Of a stretch of 64,000 bases of DNA, positions 16,686-24,730 are shown in pieces (the stretch's first letter is position 1; the number at the start of each line of letters is the position of its first letter). The notes under the pieces were generated by a model that saw only the letters and a program-made list of their open reading frames with translations, was not told the DNA's origin and searched no databases. Position numbers and translations under genes: made by a program. The stretch covers positions 8,487 through 72,486 of the IMG/VR virus record IMGVR_UViG_3300035696_000034; one strand, given 5' to 3'. This DNA comes from a virus (taxonomy: Duplodnaviria; Caudoviricetes).

Positions 16686-17759
16686 CTATAACCAAAAATC
16701 CGTTCTATCAAATTCAGAGTGCTTAGGGTGACAAAACCAGGCAGCTTGTGACGGTCTGGCATGCCTCCCATTTTTGTGATCATAGGCATCGGTACCACTT
16801 ACGCTTCCACCTATCCAATAAAAAGGATGTGCCAGCGGAGCATGCCAATGTCCCATGATAACTTTATGGAACTTATTGCAATCTGGACCATTCATCCTTT
16901 TTAAAGCCTCTCTTGAAACTTTTCGCTCAATCCCATAGTACGGAAAACCGGACCAGCCCATGATCCCGTGACCATGGCATAAAAGGTATCTCTGTCCGCT
17001 TACTTGTACTGAGGCTTCATATTGAGGGTAGATATTGAAAGTAACATTAGACAATCTTGAAGCTCTTTCTTTCGCTATAAATCCAATCACATAGTTGTAG
17101 CTGTTTATACCAGCCTCTTTAGCCTGGGGCTTTTTTGTTAATCGGGAATGATTGTCTTCAACAAGGAACTCTACTCGTATTTTTGGAAAATGCTGGGACA
17201 ACATTAAAATCTGTTCTGATAAAACAGTGCTTGCCTCTACTATCTGTACCGGAACAGGGAAAGCGTTAGTAACCCTGAGTTCATCGTGGATATCTCCGCT
17301 AATAAGATCTCCAAGCACTAACACGACGCACTCATCGACTGTATAGGCCGTTCTGTGCACGTCCACCCATTCGATGACTTTCTTAATGAAACTTAGTTGT
17401 CTATTTCGGCAGATCTCCGGATCAAATTCCCCGAAGCCTTCTATCTCACTGGCTCTTTGAACAGCCCCCATATGAGCATCGCATACCTGAACCACAACAG
17501 AGCAAGGGCTGTCCACCATGACTCTGCCAGCTCTCGGTTTATAGAGAACAGGCACAGGATTTATAGCTTCTACGTGCTCTTTTAAATCCCTGAAGAAGGA
17601 TTCCAGAACACCGTGCTCCGCTTTGTAATTCTCAAGGATAGTCTCTTTTTGTTTGATAGTCTTCTTGAGATTGTTAACCTCTTCATTGACCAAGAGCTTC
17701 AGTTCAGATTCGGTTTTTCCCACTTTTGTTATGTCTTTTGTGAATTCGTTCTCGCTCAT
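16686..17759 (-). CDS. phage metallophosphoesterase/nuclease
   Basis: CDAHMG, LGDLISG, EDNHSR, CHGH, MGHWH motifs. Confidence 0.8.
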   Translation of the reverse strand: MSENEFTKDITKVGKTESELKLLVNEEVNNLKKTIKQKETILENYKAEHGVLESFFRDLKEHVEAINPVPVLYKPRAGRVMVDSPCSVVVQVCDAHMGAVQRASEIEGFGEFDPEICRNRQLSFIKKVIEWVDVHRTAYTVDECVVLVLGDLISGDIHDELRVTNAFPVPVQIVEASTVLSEQILMLSQHFPKIRVEFLVEDNHSRLTKKPQAKEAGINSYNYVIGFIAKERASRLSNVTFNIYPQYEASVQVSGQRYLLCHGHGIMGWSGFPYYGIERKVSREALKRMNGPDCNKFHKVIMGHWHAPLAHPFYWIGGSVSGTDAYDHKNGRHARPSQAAWFCHPKHSEFDRTDFWL

Positions 17760-18217
17760 TGGAAAACCCCGCTTTCTTTAAGTCTTTTAATATTTTCAGG
17801 CCTGGCCCAGTAGATGACACCGTCTGCAATAAGTTTGTACTTTTCAAATTGGGGAAGATCCGCTTTACTCCGGTATTTGTTGGCATTAATCTGACAGAAG
17901 AATTCCCTGAACTCAGAATCAGGAATATATTTATCCGAAGGTATTTTTTTCACTGCAGTTTCTATCTTGTAGATAATATCACATCTAGATCTCAATTCGT
18001 CTTCGCTCAAACCCACTGTCTCCGGTACAGAGTCAGAATCTCTCATCGTTTTAAGTTTTATCTCTTTAACCTTCCGTACGACCTGATCTCTTGTGACACC
18101 CAAAACTCTCACACATTCAGCGATGAGCTCCTCTTTTTCAGGATACTTGTCGTAATTTTGCTGGTACCACTCTCTGACTGTCTGCTTCACTAAACCACCC
18201 ATAGGACCTCCCAACAT
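17756..18217 (-). CDS. hypothetical protein (possible HTH)
   Basis: 153 aa ORF coupled to the downstream gene. Confidence 0.6.
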   Translation of the reverse strand: MLGGPMGGLVKQTVREWYQQNYDKYPEKEELIAECVRVLGVTRDQVVRKVKEIKLKTMRDSDSVPETVGLSEDELRSRCDIIYKIETAVKKIPSDKYIPDSEFREFFCQINANKYRSKADLPQFEKYKLIADGVIYWARPENIKRLKESGVFQ

Positions 18218-18368
18218 ATTATATTATATAGACTTAAGTATTCGCGCCATCGGCGCTATATCTGCATTCCTTATGAATACCTTATTACGCGGATTTACGA
18301 AAGATAGATTTTCCCCTTTAGTAAATTATACTATCGCGCCATTTTTAAATTAAAGTAAAAAATCCCTT

Positions 18369-18397
18369 TTGATTCAGTCATTCCATGATAGTATATT
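18369..18397 (+). promoter_or_regulatory. sigma70-type promoter
   Basis: TTGATT-17nt-TATATT at a strand switch. Confidence 0.6.
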
Positions 18398-18486
18398 ATT
18401 CTACAGGGCAGATTTTGATACTCTACTAATTTTGATTGGTTTTGTAGGGAAAGAGAAAAATTTACAAACAACAAGAAAGGCCGATC

Positions 18487-18705
18487 ATGAGCAAGACTAT
18501 CAAGTATTACTGCCTCAAGGACGATCTCTCAATTAAGCTGATGCACTCGGAAGCCAGAGTAAAGAATGCAAAGATAATAATCCAGAAGAACATGAGATAT
18601 CCAGGTATAGAAAAAACAGACACTGAAGTAACACTCTATATTCACGAGCATACTGTCATAATTGAAGTAGATGTGCCAATCTCTGAAGTAATAGAAATAA
18701 ATTAA
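18487..18705 (+). CDS. hypothetical protein
   Basis: 72 aa, RBS. Confidence 0.55.
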   Translation: MSKTIKYYCLKDDLSIKLMHSEARVKNAKIIIQKNMRYPGIEKTDTEVTLYIHEHTVIIEVDVPISEVIEIN

Positions 18706-18763
18706 ATAGAACATTAACAAGAAAGGAGGCCAGATATGTAACTACCTTAACAAGGAGAATTAC

Positions 18764-18991
18764 ATGTCTAGGTCATACAAGAAGAATCTTATTCTCACGA
18801 ACTCTGGAACCGGTTGGAGAAGATTCGCCAAGTTTTATTCCAATAGGGTCGTACGTCGCACAGAAGATATCCCTAGTGGCGGAGCCTACAAAAAAATCAT
18901 GGGTAGCTGGTACATTAGTGACACAGGGGGAAGCATGTGGTACCCCAGCTACGAGTCCTGGTGGCCCAAGTGGAAAGCTAGGATGAAATAA
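18764..18991 (+). CDS. hypothetical basic phage protein
   Basis: AAGGAG RBS, MSRSYKK start. Confidence 0.65.
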   Translation: MSRSYKKNLILTNSGTGWRRFAKFYSNRVVRRTEDIPSGGAYKKIMGSWYISDTGGSMWYPSYESWWPKWKARMK

Positions 18992-19003
18992 AATACATAT
19001 AAC

Positions 19004-19474
19004 ATGGAGGTAATTATGCCAGAAAAAGAAAAAGACAATGTTCGTCCAACTGAAAAAGAAGGCGAATTTCAAGAAATCCTGCAAAAAGCTAAAGAAGAAA
19101 GAAACGCCAAAACAGGGAAGCTGACAGAAGAAGCCCTTCTGGATAGTTTTATAAAACATGTTGTTCTTACTCTGTTTGTGGAATACTGCAACAAACAAGA
19201 AAAACCGAAAGAAACTGCCAGCGCTCTTTTAAAACAATGGTCTGATACAGCTAGCTCTGGCTCGACAAAAGCTTTTGAAGAGTTGGATGAAGAAAGAAAA
19301 AAAGAATCTGAAACATTTCCGAATATAAATTCACTTTTCAGCGGTATCTTCGGGCTTAATGATAAAACTGAATTGGATGAGTACAGTGACATTTTTAAAA
19401 AAGCTTTGGGTACTGTTGTTACTGAAATAAACACAATAATAAGCACTCTTCCGGAAACAAAGGGAACAAAATAA
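19004..19474 (+). CDS. hypothetical protein
   Basis: 156 aa ORF; GGAGG RBS suggests start at 19016. Confidence 0.65.
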   Translation: MEVIMPEKEKDNVRPTEKEGEFQEILQKAKEERNAKTGKLTEEALLDSFIKHVVLTLFVEYCNKQEKPKETASALLKQWSDTASSGSTKAFEELDEERKKESETFPNINSLFSGIFGLNDKTELDEYSDIFKKALGTVVTEINTIISTLPETKGTK

Positions 19475-19496
19475 TCTCTTTAAAAGGAGACTATCC

Positions 19497-19721
19497 GTGG
19501 ACGAAGGCCTTAACTTCACTCCCGAAGAGGATGAGATAGTAATTAAAAAAGCTAAACTCTTAATTGAGCAGTCCAAGACAAAAGAACAACTTAAGACGAC
19601 CAAAAATTTCATAGAACTTTTTACAAGAGATTCCGAAAGCAAGAAAGAGATAAAAGAAGAACTCATACGCCTGTGGCTTGATAAGGATAAGTTACTTTTT
19701 CCATATGAAGCATTACCGTGA
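19497..19721 (+). CDS. hypothetical protein
   Basis: AAGGAG RBS, GTG start. Confidence 0.6.
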   Translation: MDEGLNFTPEEDEIVIKKAKLLIEQSKTKEQLKTTKNFIELFTRDSESKKEIKEELIRLWLDKDKLLFPYEALP

Positions 19722-19924
19722 CGACTTCTATACTGTCATTTTCTTTGGAACCTAATCAGAGTGAAGCAATAGAGATCACTCTGAAGACCGGTGAAGTTGT
19801 CCGTGGAGCATTGCTCAGATTTAATGAAGGTACAATGACTCTTAAGATCTGTGATGCACAGGATAATTTTTCTGGAGAAGAAAGAGTAATTAAAGATAAG
19901 GAATGGATCAAGGGGATAGATTAA
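19718..19924 (+). CDS. hypothetical protein (possible Sm-like fold)
   Basis: ITLKTGEVVRGALLRFNEG. Confidence 0.5.
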   Translation: MTTSILSFSLEPNQSEAIEITLKTGEVVRGALLRFNEGTMTLKICDAQDNFSGEERVIKDKEWIKGID

Positions 19925-19937
19925 TGAGGGGGTTACG

Positions 19938-20204
19938 ATGTCCTCCCAGTTATCTGACTTTGAGAAAAAGACATACGTAGAACGAAGAAAAATAGAGACA
20001 GACCGTTTTGATGAGGGTATGAGACGACAGCACGATCCCAGGAATGATGGGGATTATGATCTAGATTGGGTCATAAGAAATGCTGCCGATTTCAACAGAC
20101 AGTGGAAAAATTGTATCTGTAAAAATTGCAAGAACGTTAAAGAGTGCGGTTTCAAATTAGCTACGGATTGTGCACATTTTGTTGAAGAAAAAAATAATAG
20201 TTGA
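19938..20204 (+). CDS. hypothetical protein
   Basis: 88 aa, RBS. Confidence 0.6.
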   Translation: MSSQLSDFEKKTYVERRKIETDRFDEGMRRQHDPRNDGDYDLDWVIRNAADFNRQWKNCICKNCKNVKECGFKLATDCAHFVEEKNNS

Positions 20205-20229
20205 CATTTCTTTGTTTTGCGTGTATATT
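20201..20229 (+). promoter_or_regulatory. promoter of tRNA array 2
   Basis: TTGACA-17nt-TATATT. Confidence 0.85.
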
Positions 20230-20257
20230 TAGTACAAAGGAAAAATGGTAAAGTCAT

Positions 20258-20383
20258 ATGGATCGTAAAATCTCTATAACCCTAACATCGTCCGCGCTCT
20301 GTTTGTGCGCAACTGCACAGACATGGGCCGGATTACGCTCACATCTGTATCTTACAGGGCGTAAAAGGCGGGGTTTAGAGTAA
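20258..20383 (+). CDS. attenuator leader peptide 2 (41 aa, MDRKISITLTSSALCLCATAQTWAGLRSHLYLTGRKRRGLE)
   Basis: codons match all 17 downstream tRNA species; weak SD, and an overlapping 7-aa uORF starts at 20245. Confidence 0.8.
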   Translation: MDRKISITLTSSALCLCATAQTWAGLRSHLYLTGRKRRGLE

Positions 20384-20444
20384 AGATACACTCTAATTGG
20401 CAAACAAAAACCCCGCCGAAGAAGTTCAGCGGGGTTTTTGTTTG
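20367..20444 (+). terminator. attenuator 2: antiterminator/intrinsic terminator pair
   Basis: terminator CAAACAAAAACCCCGC/GCGGGGTTTTTGTTTG (20401-20444); GGCGGGGTTT (20367-20376) pairs perfectly with AAACCCCGCC (20408-20417). Confidence 0.88.
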
Positions 20445-20499
20445 TAATAAAGTATTAATAATAAAACCACCTGTATACTATATTCCCGGGGGTTTTATT

Positions 20500-20955
20500 A
20501 TGAAGACTAAAGAAAGACTAATAGCAAGAGAACTACGTCAAAAAAAAGGAATGTCTTTACGAAATATTTGCAAAAAATTAAATATAGCTAAAAGTACGGC
20601 TCGTGCTTGGACTAAAGATATAAAGATAACTGAAAAACAAAAAGAGAACCTTAGAAAGAACGTAACAAATAGCCAGTTTACTACTAAAATTCAAGACAAA
20701 GATTTGTTTGTTTGTCCCTGTTATGTAAACAGAAAATGTATAAAAAAAAGAATTTTAAAAAAGGCCCTCATTCCATATATATGCGCGCTTTGTAGTAGAC
20801 CTCCTATATGGGAAGGACAAAAACTAGTTCTTATACTAGATCATATAAACGGAAACAATCTTGATTACAGGTTAAGCAATATAAGATTTTTGTGTCCTAA
20901 TTGTAATAGCCAACAAGAAACGTTTTGTAGAAATAAAAAGGTTAAAAATGTTTGA
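20500..20955 (+). CDS. HNH homing endonuclease with N-terminal HTH
   Basis: CALC..LILDHINGNNLDYRLSNIRFLCPNCNSQ. Confidence 0.85.
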   Translation: MKTKERLIARELRQKKGMSLRNICKKLNIAKSTARAWTKDIKITEKQKENLRKNVTNSQFTTKIQDKDLFVCPCYVNRKCIKKRILKKALIPYICALCSRPPIWEGQKLVLILDHINGNNLDYRLSNIRFLCPNCNSQQETFCRNKKVKNV

Positions 20956-21127
20956 ATACATCATAATGATCAGAATACCTTTCGAAGCAGGGGATGATCC
21001 AGATGCCCGAAAGAGGGCTCAAGATCTTCTGAAATACGATGTCAGTATCAATGTCCCTGAAGCCACTATGAAACTTCAGAGACTTGAGAAGGGTAAGGCA
21101 CCTGAAGGAATAGCTTTGTTTACGTAG
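20948..21127 (+). CDS. small hypothetical protein (59 aa)
   Basis: read by hand: MFEYIIMIRIPFEAGDDPDARKRAQ...; overlaps the upstream stop. Confidence 0.55.
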   Translation: MFEYIIMIRIPFEAGDDPDARKRAQDLLKYDVSINVPEATMKLQRLEKGKAPEGIALFT

Positions 21128-21129
21128 GT

Positions 21130-21198
21130 GCAGTTGTGCTTCCCCACCATGGTCGTCGTGGGGCGGAGCAGAGACCATAAAAATATGGGCGCAATTGC
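21130..21198 (+). ncRNA. structured RNA candidate D with possible pseudoknot
   Basis: GCAGTTGTGC/GCGCAATTGC closing stem; CCCCAC/GTGGGG hairpin whose loop ATGGTC is complementary to GACCAT. Confidence 0.5.
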
Positions 21199-21304
21199 TT
21201 TTTAAATGTTCTTTGACATTTCGGTAATACTCAAAAAGCACATGTGTGAAATTAACATGTATGCTTAGGACATACAACAGTATGGTCTAACCGTACATTC
21301 AAAA

Positions 21305-21380
21305 GACGGTGTAGCCAAGTGGTAAGGCGGCTCGTCCGCAAAACGATGCCATTGGGGTTCGACTCCCCACACCGTCTCCA
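21305..21380 (+). tRNA. tRNA-Cys (GCA), C33
   Basis: loop CCGCAAA, U73, CCA. Confidence 0.8.
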
Positions 21381-21388
21381 TATACCCC

Positions 21389-21445
21389 GGTATGTCGGAG
21401 AAGATCGGTTGACAGAGTATCGTTAGCTATCAACTCCGATGTGCC
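21389..21445 (+). ncRNA. small structured RNA candidate between tRNAs
   Basis: 12-bp GGTATGTCGGAG/CTCCGATGTGCC stem plus GTTGA/TCAAC. Confidence 0.35.
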
Positions 21446-21450
21446 TTTAA

Positions 21451-21528
21451 GCCCTGGTGTTGGAATGTAGACAAGCACGCCTTAGAAGCGTGTGCGAAAG
21501 CGTGAGAGTGCGAGTCTCTCCCGGGGCA
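21451..21528 (+). tRNA. tRNA-Leu (UAG)
   Basis: loop CTTAGAA, variable arm, A73. Confidence 0.88.
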
Positions 21529-21625
21529 TTTTTTTATCCATGTAAAAACAATTTATAATAACCTCTTAATAAAATTAGCATACTTGAAAGTACTTGTGTT
21601 TAAGTGTATGCTATTTTAACAGGAG

Positions 21626-22522
21626 GTGGGTATGAGGAGCAAAAAGTTTGATGAAAAAAAAGAAGAGATATTACAATGGGTTAAAGAAAATAGAAGCAAA
21701 GCTTTTATATGCAAAGAAATGGATTGTAGACCCAGCACTTTGGATCACTATTTCAAAGAAATAAGTATAATTTATGCGGGAAACATGGGGTGTAAAGGCT
21801 ACAGAAGACCAGCTCATAAAATACCTGTTAAAGAATATCTAGGTACAGGAAAACTTATAAGGTCTCATGCATTAAAATTAAAACTAATAGAAGAAGGAGT
21901 CAAAGAGAAGAAGTGTGAGAGGTGTGGTTTAGAAAAGTGGCTTAGCAAAGACATTCCCCTTGAATTACATCATATTAATCAAAATAGATTTGACAACAGA
22001 CTAGAAAATTTAGAAATTCTCTGTTCAAATTGTCATGCTTTAGAAAACAGCAAAATAAAAAGAAGGATAGATATCTTAGAAAGATTTTGTTTGAATTGTA
22101 ATAAAAAAATTGAAGTAAAAGATAGTCATTACAGAAAGTATTGTTCTAATGAGTGCATAAAAGAAGCAAAAAGAAAAATTAAAAAAATAAGGTTTTGTTT
22201 GAGTTGCAGTAATGAATTTAGTGGTAGAAATAAAAAATTTTGTTCAGAACTATGTAAAAAAGAACACGATAAAACATTAAGAAAATTTGAAATAGAAAAA
22301 GATGTATTAGAAAAGCTAGTTAACTCCGTATCAACTTCTAAAATTGCTAGAATACTAGGAGTTACAGACAATGCTGTTTCTCATAGATGTAAACGATTAG
22401 GAATAAAAAAACCTCCTAGAGGTTTTTGGGCAAAAAAGTGCTCAGGAAAATCTCCAGACATCACAAAAATAGACAAAAATTTAATAGATTACTTACAGAA
22501 GAAAGGCTATAGAATAGATTAA
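21626..22522 (+). CDS. HNH homing endonuclease with Zn-ribbon repeats
   Basis: CERCG..LELHHINQNRFDNRLENLEILCSNCH; repeated CxxC..KxCSxxC. Confidence 0.85.
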   Translation: MGMRSKKFDEKKEEILQWVKENRSKAFICKEMDCRPSTLDHYFKEISIIYAGNMGCKGYRRPAHKIPVKEYLGTGKLIRSHALKLKLIEEGVKEKKCERCGLEKWLSKDIPLELHHINQNRFDNRLENLEILCSNCHALENSKIKRRIDILERFCLNCNKKIEVKDSHYRKYCSNECIKEAKRKIKKIRFCLSCSNEFSGRNKKFCSELCKKEHDKTLRKFEIEKDVLEKLVNSVSTSKIARILGVTDNAVSHRCKRLGIKKPPRGFWAKKCSGKSPDITKIDKNLIDYLQKKGYRID

Positions 22523-22534
22523 GATTTATTTTGT

Positions 22535-22621
22535 GCGGATGTGGCGTAACTGGAAGCCGCGCAAGCCCGAGGCGCTTGTGGGAGAAGTCCCGTGCTGATT
22601 CGAATTCAGTCATCCGCACCA
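22535..22621 (+). tRNA. tRNA-Leu (GAG), C33
   Basis: CAAGC/GCTTG stem, loop CCGAGGC, CCA. Confidence 0.85.
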
Positions 22622-22658
22622 CTTCAATAATAGCTTCCCACAATGTTATATTATACAC

Positions 22659-23252
22659 ATGGATCTCTACATTGAAACTCGTGATCGCATGCTGGCTAAA
22701 GACAGGGATATATGGCTATGGTGCATGAACAACAAATGTGTTTACCTAAATATCGGATGTGGAGATAGCGTTTACGCAGGAGCGATAAACATAGACAAAT
22801 ATGTCAGAAGAAAAGATGTCTTACCTGCAGATGCCCTCTATCTTCCATTTAAAGATAACAGCGTGGATTTCATATATTCAGCCCATTCTCTGGAGCATTT
22901 GACTATAAGGGATGGAAAAAAGGCTCTAAAGGCCTGGTATAAGGCTTTAAAGCCAAACGGAAGACTTATAATAGAGTTGCCCGACTTAGAATGTATCTGT
23001 CGCAATGTCCTTAATTCTATATATCCTAAACAGCTACAATGGAACATTTATACTCTTTTTGGATATCAAATCGATCCTCGAAATTCAGACAGTTTAGATG
23101 CCAAAGCAGATCCTGGTCAATTTCATATGAGTGGATATACCCAAACAAGTCTATGCTTGGAACTTGCTATGTTAGGATTCGAGATAAAAGAGTTCCTGCA
23201 TACTGATGGTTATGGGACTCCCAACATGCATGTAGACGCCTTCAAAAGATAA
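22659..23252 (+). CDS. class I SAM-dependent methyltransferase
   Basis: LNIGCG, DALYLPFKDNSVDFIYSAHSLEHL, LKPNGRL. Confidence 0.85.
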   Translation: MDLYIETRDRMLAKDRDIWLWCMNNKCVYLNIGCGDSVYAGAINIDKYVRRKDVLPADALYLPFKDNSVDFIYSAHSLEHLTIRDGKKALKAWYKALKPNGRLIIELPDLECICRNVLNSIYPKQLQWNIYTLFGYQIDPRNSDSLDAKADPGQFHMSGYTQTSLCLELAMLGFEIKEFLHTDGYGTPNMHVDAFKR

Positions 23253-23256
23253 TCCT

Positions 23257-23340
23257 GCGGGTATGGGGAAATTGGCAGACCCAGTAGGCCCAGATCCTAC
23301 CGAGAGTAATCTCATTTCAGTTCAAGTCTGAATACCCGCA
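23257..23340 (+). tRNA. tRNA-Leu (CAG), C33
   Basis: GTAGG/CCTAC stem, loop CCCAGAT. Confidence 0.85.
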
Positions 23341-23360
23341 TTTCCTACATATCAATTTAT

Positions 23361-23446
23361 TGTGTGGTGGCAGAGCGGCCAATTGCACCTGACTGTAGAT
23401 CAGACGCCTGTAATGGGCTACGGAGGTTCAAATCCTCCCCACACAA
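23361..23446 (+). tRNA. tRNA-Tyr (GUA)
   Basis: loop CTGTAGA, long variable arm, A73. Confidence 0.88.
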
Positions 23447-23469
23447 CTCTTTTATAATCAACTAATTAT

Positions 23470-23544
23470 GGTGGCATTAGTGTAGTGGTAGCACAAGTGG
23501 CTGTGGCCCACTTAGAGCGAGTTCGATTCTCGTATGTCACCCCA
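23470..23544 (+). tRNA. tRNA-His (GUG)
   Basis: G-1:C73, loop CTGTGGC, CCA. Confidence 0.9.
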
Positions 23545-23572
23545 ATTTTAACTTTACAGAAAGGATAATCCC

Positions 23573-23904
23573 ATGCGAAAGGCAAGCCTACCTTAACGGT
23601 TACAGGTGAAACCGAAGATGGAAAATTAGTTGTATCAGGTGTCTTTGAACTCATGTCCTCTGTACTCGGAGTCCCCTTAGAGTTTCTCCTCGAGATGTTA
23701 AAAGAGAGAAACATTCTAGTAAGTTGGACTCACTTCTATAACTCCTCTGTAGAACATCTCTGGAGTTATAAGACAACAAGGGAGAGAGTGAGTACAGCTG
23801 TGTTTGAGGTTTACGGCCCGGAGTACAGAGATGAGGTGATGAAGAGGTTGGATTATTATCATAGGAGCGTATCAGACAGGTCTCCAAAACCTGATTTACT
23901 GTAA
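23573..23904 (+). pseudogene. hypothetical protein with apparent 1-nt deletion just after the start codon
   Basis: AAAGGA RBS and ATG 23573 are out of frame with the AKGKPTLTV... ORF; adding one G gives MAKGKP. Confidence 0.5.
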
Positions 23905-23944
23905 TTGGGTGAAAATGGGGGTTCGACTCCCTCCGCTCCTGCCA
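23863..23944 (+). tRNA. atypical tRNA-Trp (CCA): no D arm, long variable arm
   Basis: AGGAGCG/CGCTCCT, CAGGT-CTCCAAA-ACCTG, GGGGG-TTCGACT-CCCTC, G73-CCA; only 7 nt between acceptor and anticodon stems. Confidence 0.7.
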
Positions 23945-23981
23945 CCCATAAATTATCTGTTAATAGGTTTCGAATCTTAAT

Positions 23982-24057
23982 GCCGGTGTATCTCAATTAG
24001 TAGAGGGCCTCACTTGTAATGAGGAAGTTGGGGATGCAAGTTCCTCCACCGGCCCCA
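23982..24057 (+). tRNA. tRNA-Thr (UGU)
   Basis: loop CTTGTAA, CCA. Confidence 0.88.
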
Positions 24058-24064
24058 TTTTTTC

Positions 24065-24138
24065 GCTTCTGTAGTTTAAAGGTAGAATGCGCCCTCGGTA
24101 AGGGTGAGGAGCTTTCGGTTCGATTCCGGCCAGCGGCT
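24065..24138 (+). tRNA. tRNA-Thr (GGU), C33, degenerate acceptor stem
   Basis: CGCCC/GGGTG stem, loop TCGGTAA; one acceptor mismatch. Confidence 0.6.
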
Positions 24139-24145
24139 TTTTTCT

Positions 24146-24174
24146 TTAGGAATCAATTGTCTAGATAGTATATT
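24146..24174 (+). promoter_or_regulatory. possible promoter
   Basis: AGATAGTATATTA -10 motif; weak -35. Confidence 0.4.
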
Positions 24175-24258
24175 ATTATAGACCCAAACCTCATTGAAAG
24201 GAGCACATAATGGCATCCACCACCATGCGGTAGCGAGTACCGCTAGAAGGGATCCATT

Positions 24259-24531
24259 ATGTCTCATCCGAAGGATCGTCATGAACGCTTCCTCATCGGC
24301 AAAAAGCTTGGGGAAAAACGAGGGTACAGGTATTGGAATGGGTTTAAATTCATCCGGGACGAAGAGCAGAGGAAAGAAGATCTCAGAATAGCCTCTTTTA
24401 AAAGACGAGATACCACCAAACTTTGTTCTTGCATGATGTGTGGAAATCCTCGCAGGATGTCCTCAAAAAAAGATGTTAAGCTTACTATGCAAGAAAGAAA
24501 ACTTCCAGATTGGAAGAAGGAGGCAGAATGA
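24259..24531 (+). CDS. hypothetical basic protein
   Basis: 90 aa; CSCMMCGNPRR. Confidence 0.65.
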   Translation: MSHPKDRHERFLIGKKLGEKRGYRYWNGFKFIRDEEQRKEDLRIASFKRRDTTKLCSCMMCGNPRRMSSKKDVKLTMQERKLPDWKKEAE

Positions 24532-24716
24532 CTCGAGCTGCAGCAGGTCTTAAAAAACATTATTGGAATTGCGTAACAAAAGTATGGATGGCTGGTAATA
24601 CTAAACTATCCGCAGAGATGGTTTGTGCAGTTACCGGAACTCCTGATAAAAAATTGAATTTTAATAAAGTACGGATGCTACTGAAAGAAGCAGAAGACTA
24701 TATAAAAAATCTTTAA
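24528..24716 (+). CDS. hypothetical protein
   Basis: GGAGG RBS, ATGA coupling. Confidence 0.55.
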   Translation: MTRAAAGLKKHYWNCVTKVWMAGNTKLSAEMVCAVTGTPDKKLNFNKVRMLLKEAEDYIKNL

Positions 24717-24730
24717 CTAAAGGAGAACAT

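Noticed and set aside
18243-18342. TCGCGCCAT twice in the divergent intergenic region as an origin or operator
   Set aside because: Two 9-mers without further iterons or symmetry is not enough support.
23863-23944. tmRNA
   Set aside because: It has a complete Trp anticodon arm, no G3.U70 and no mRNA-like domain.
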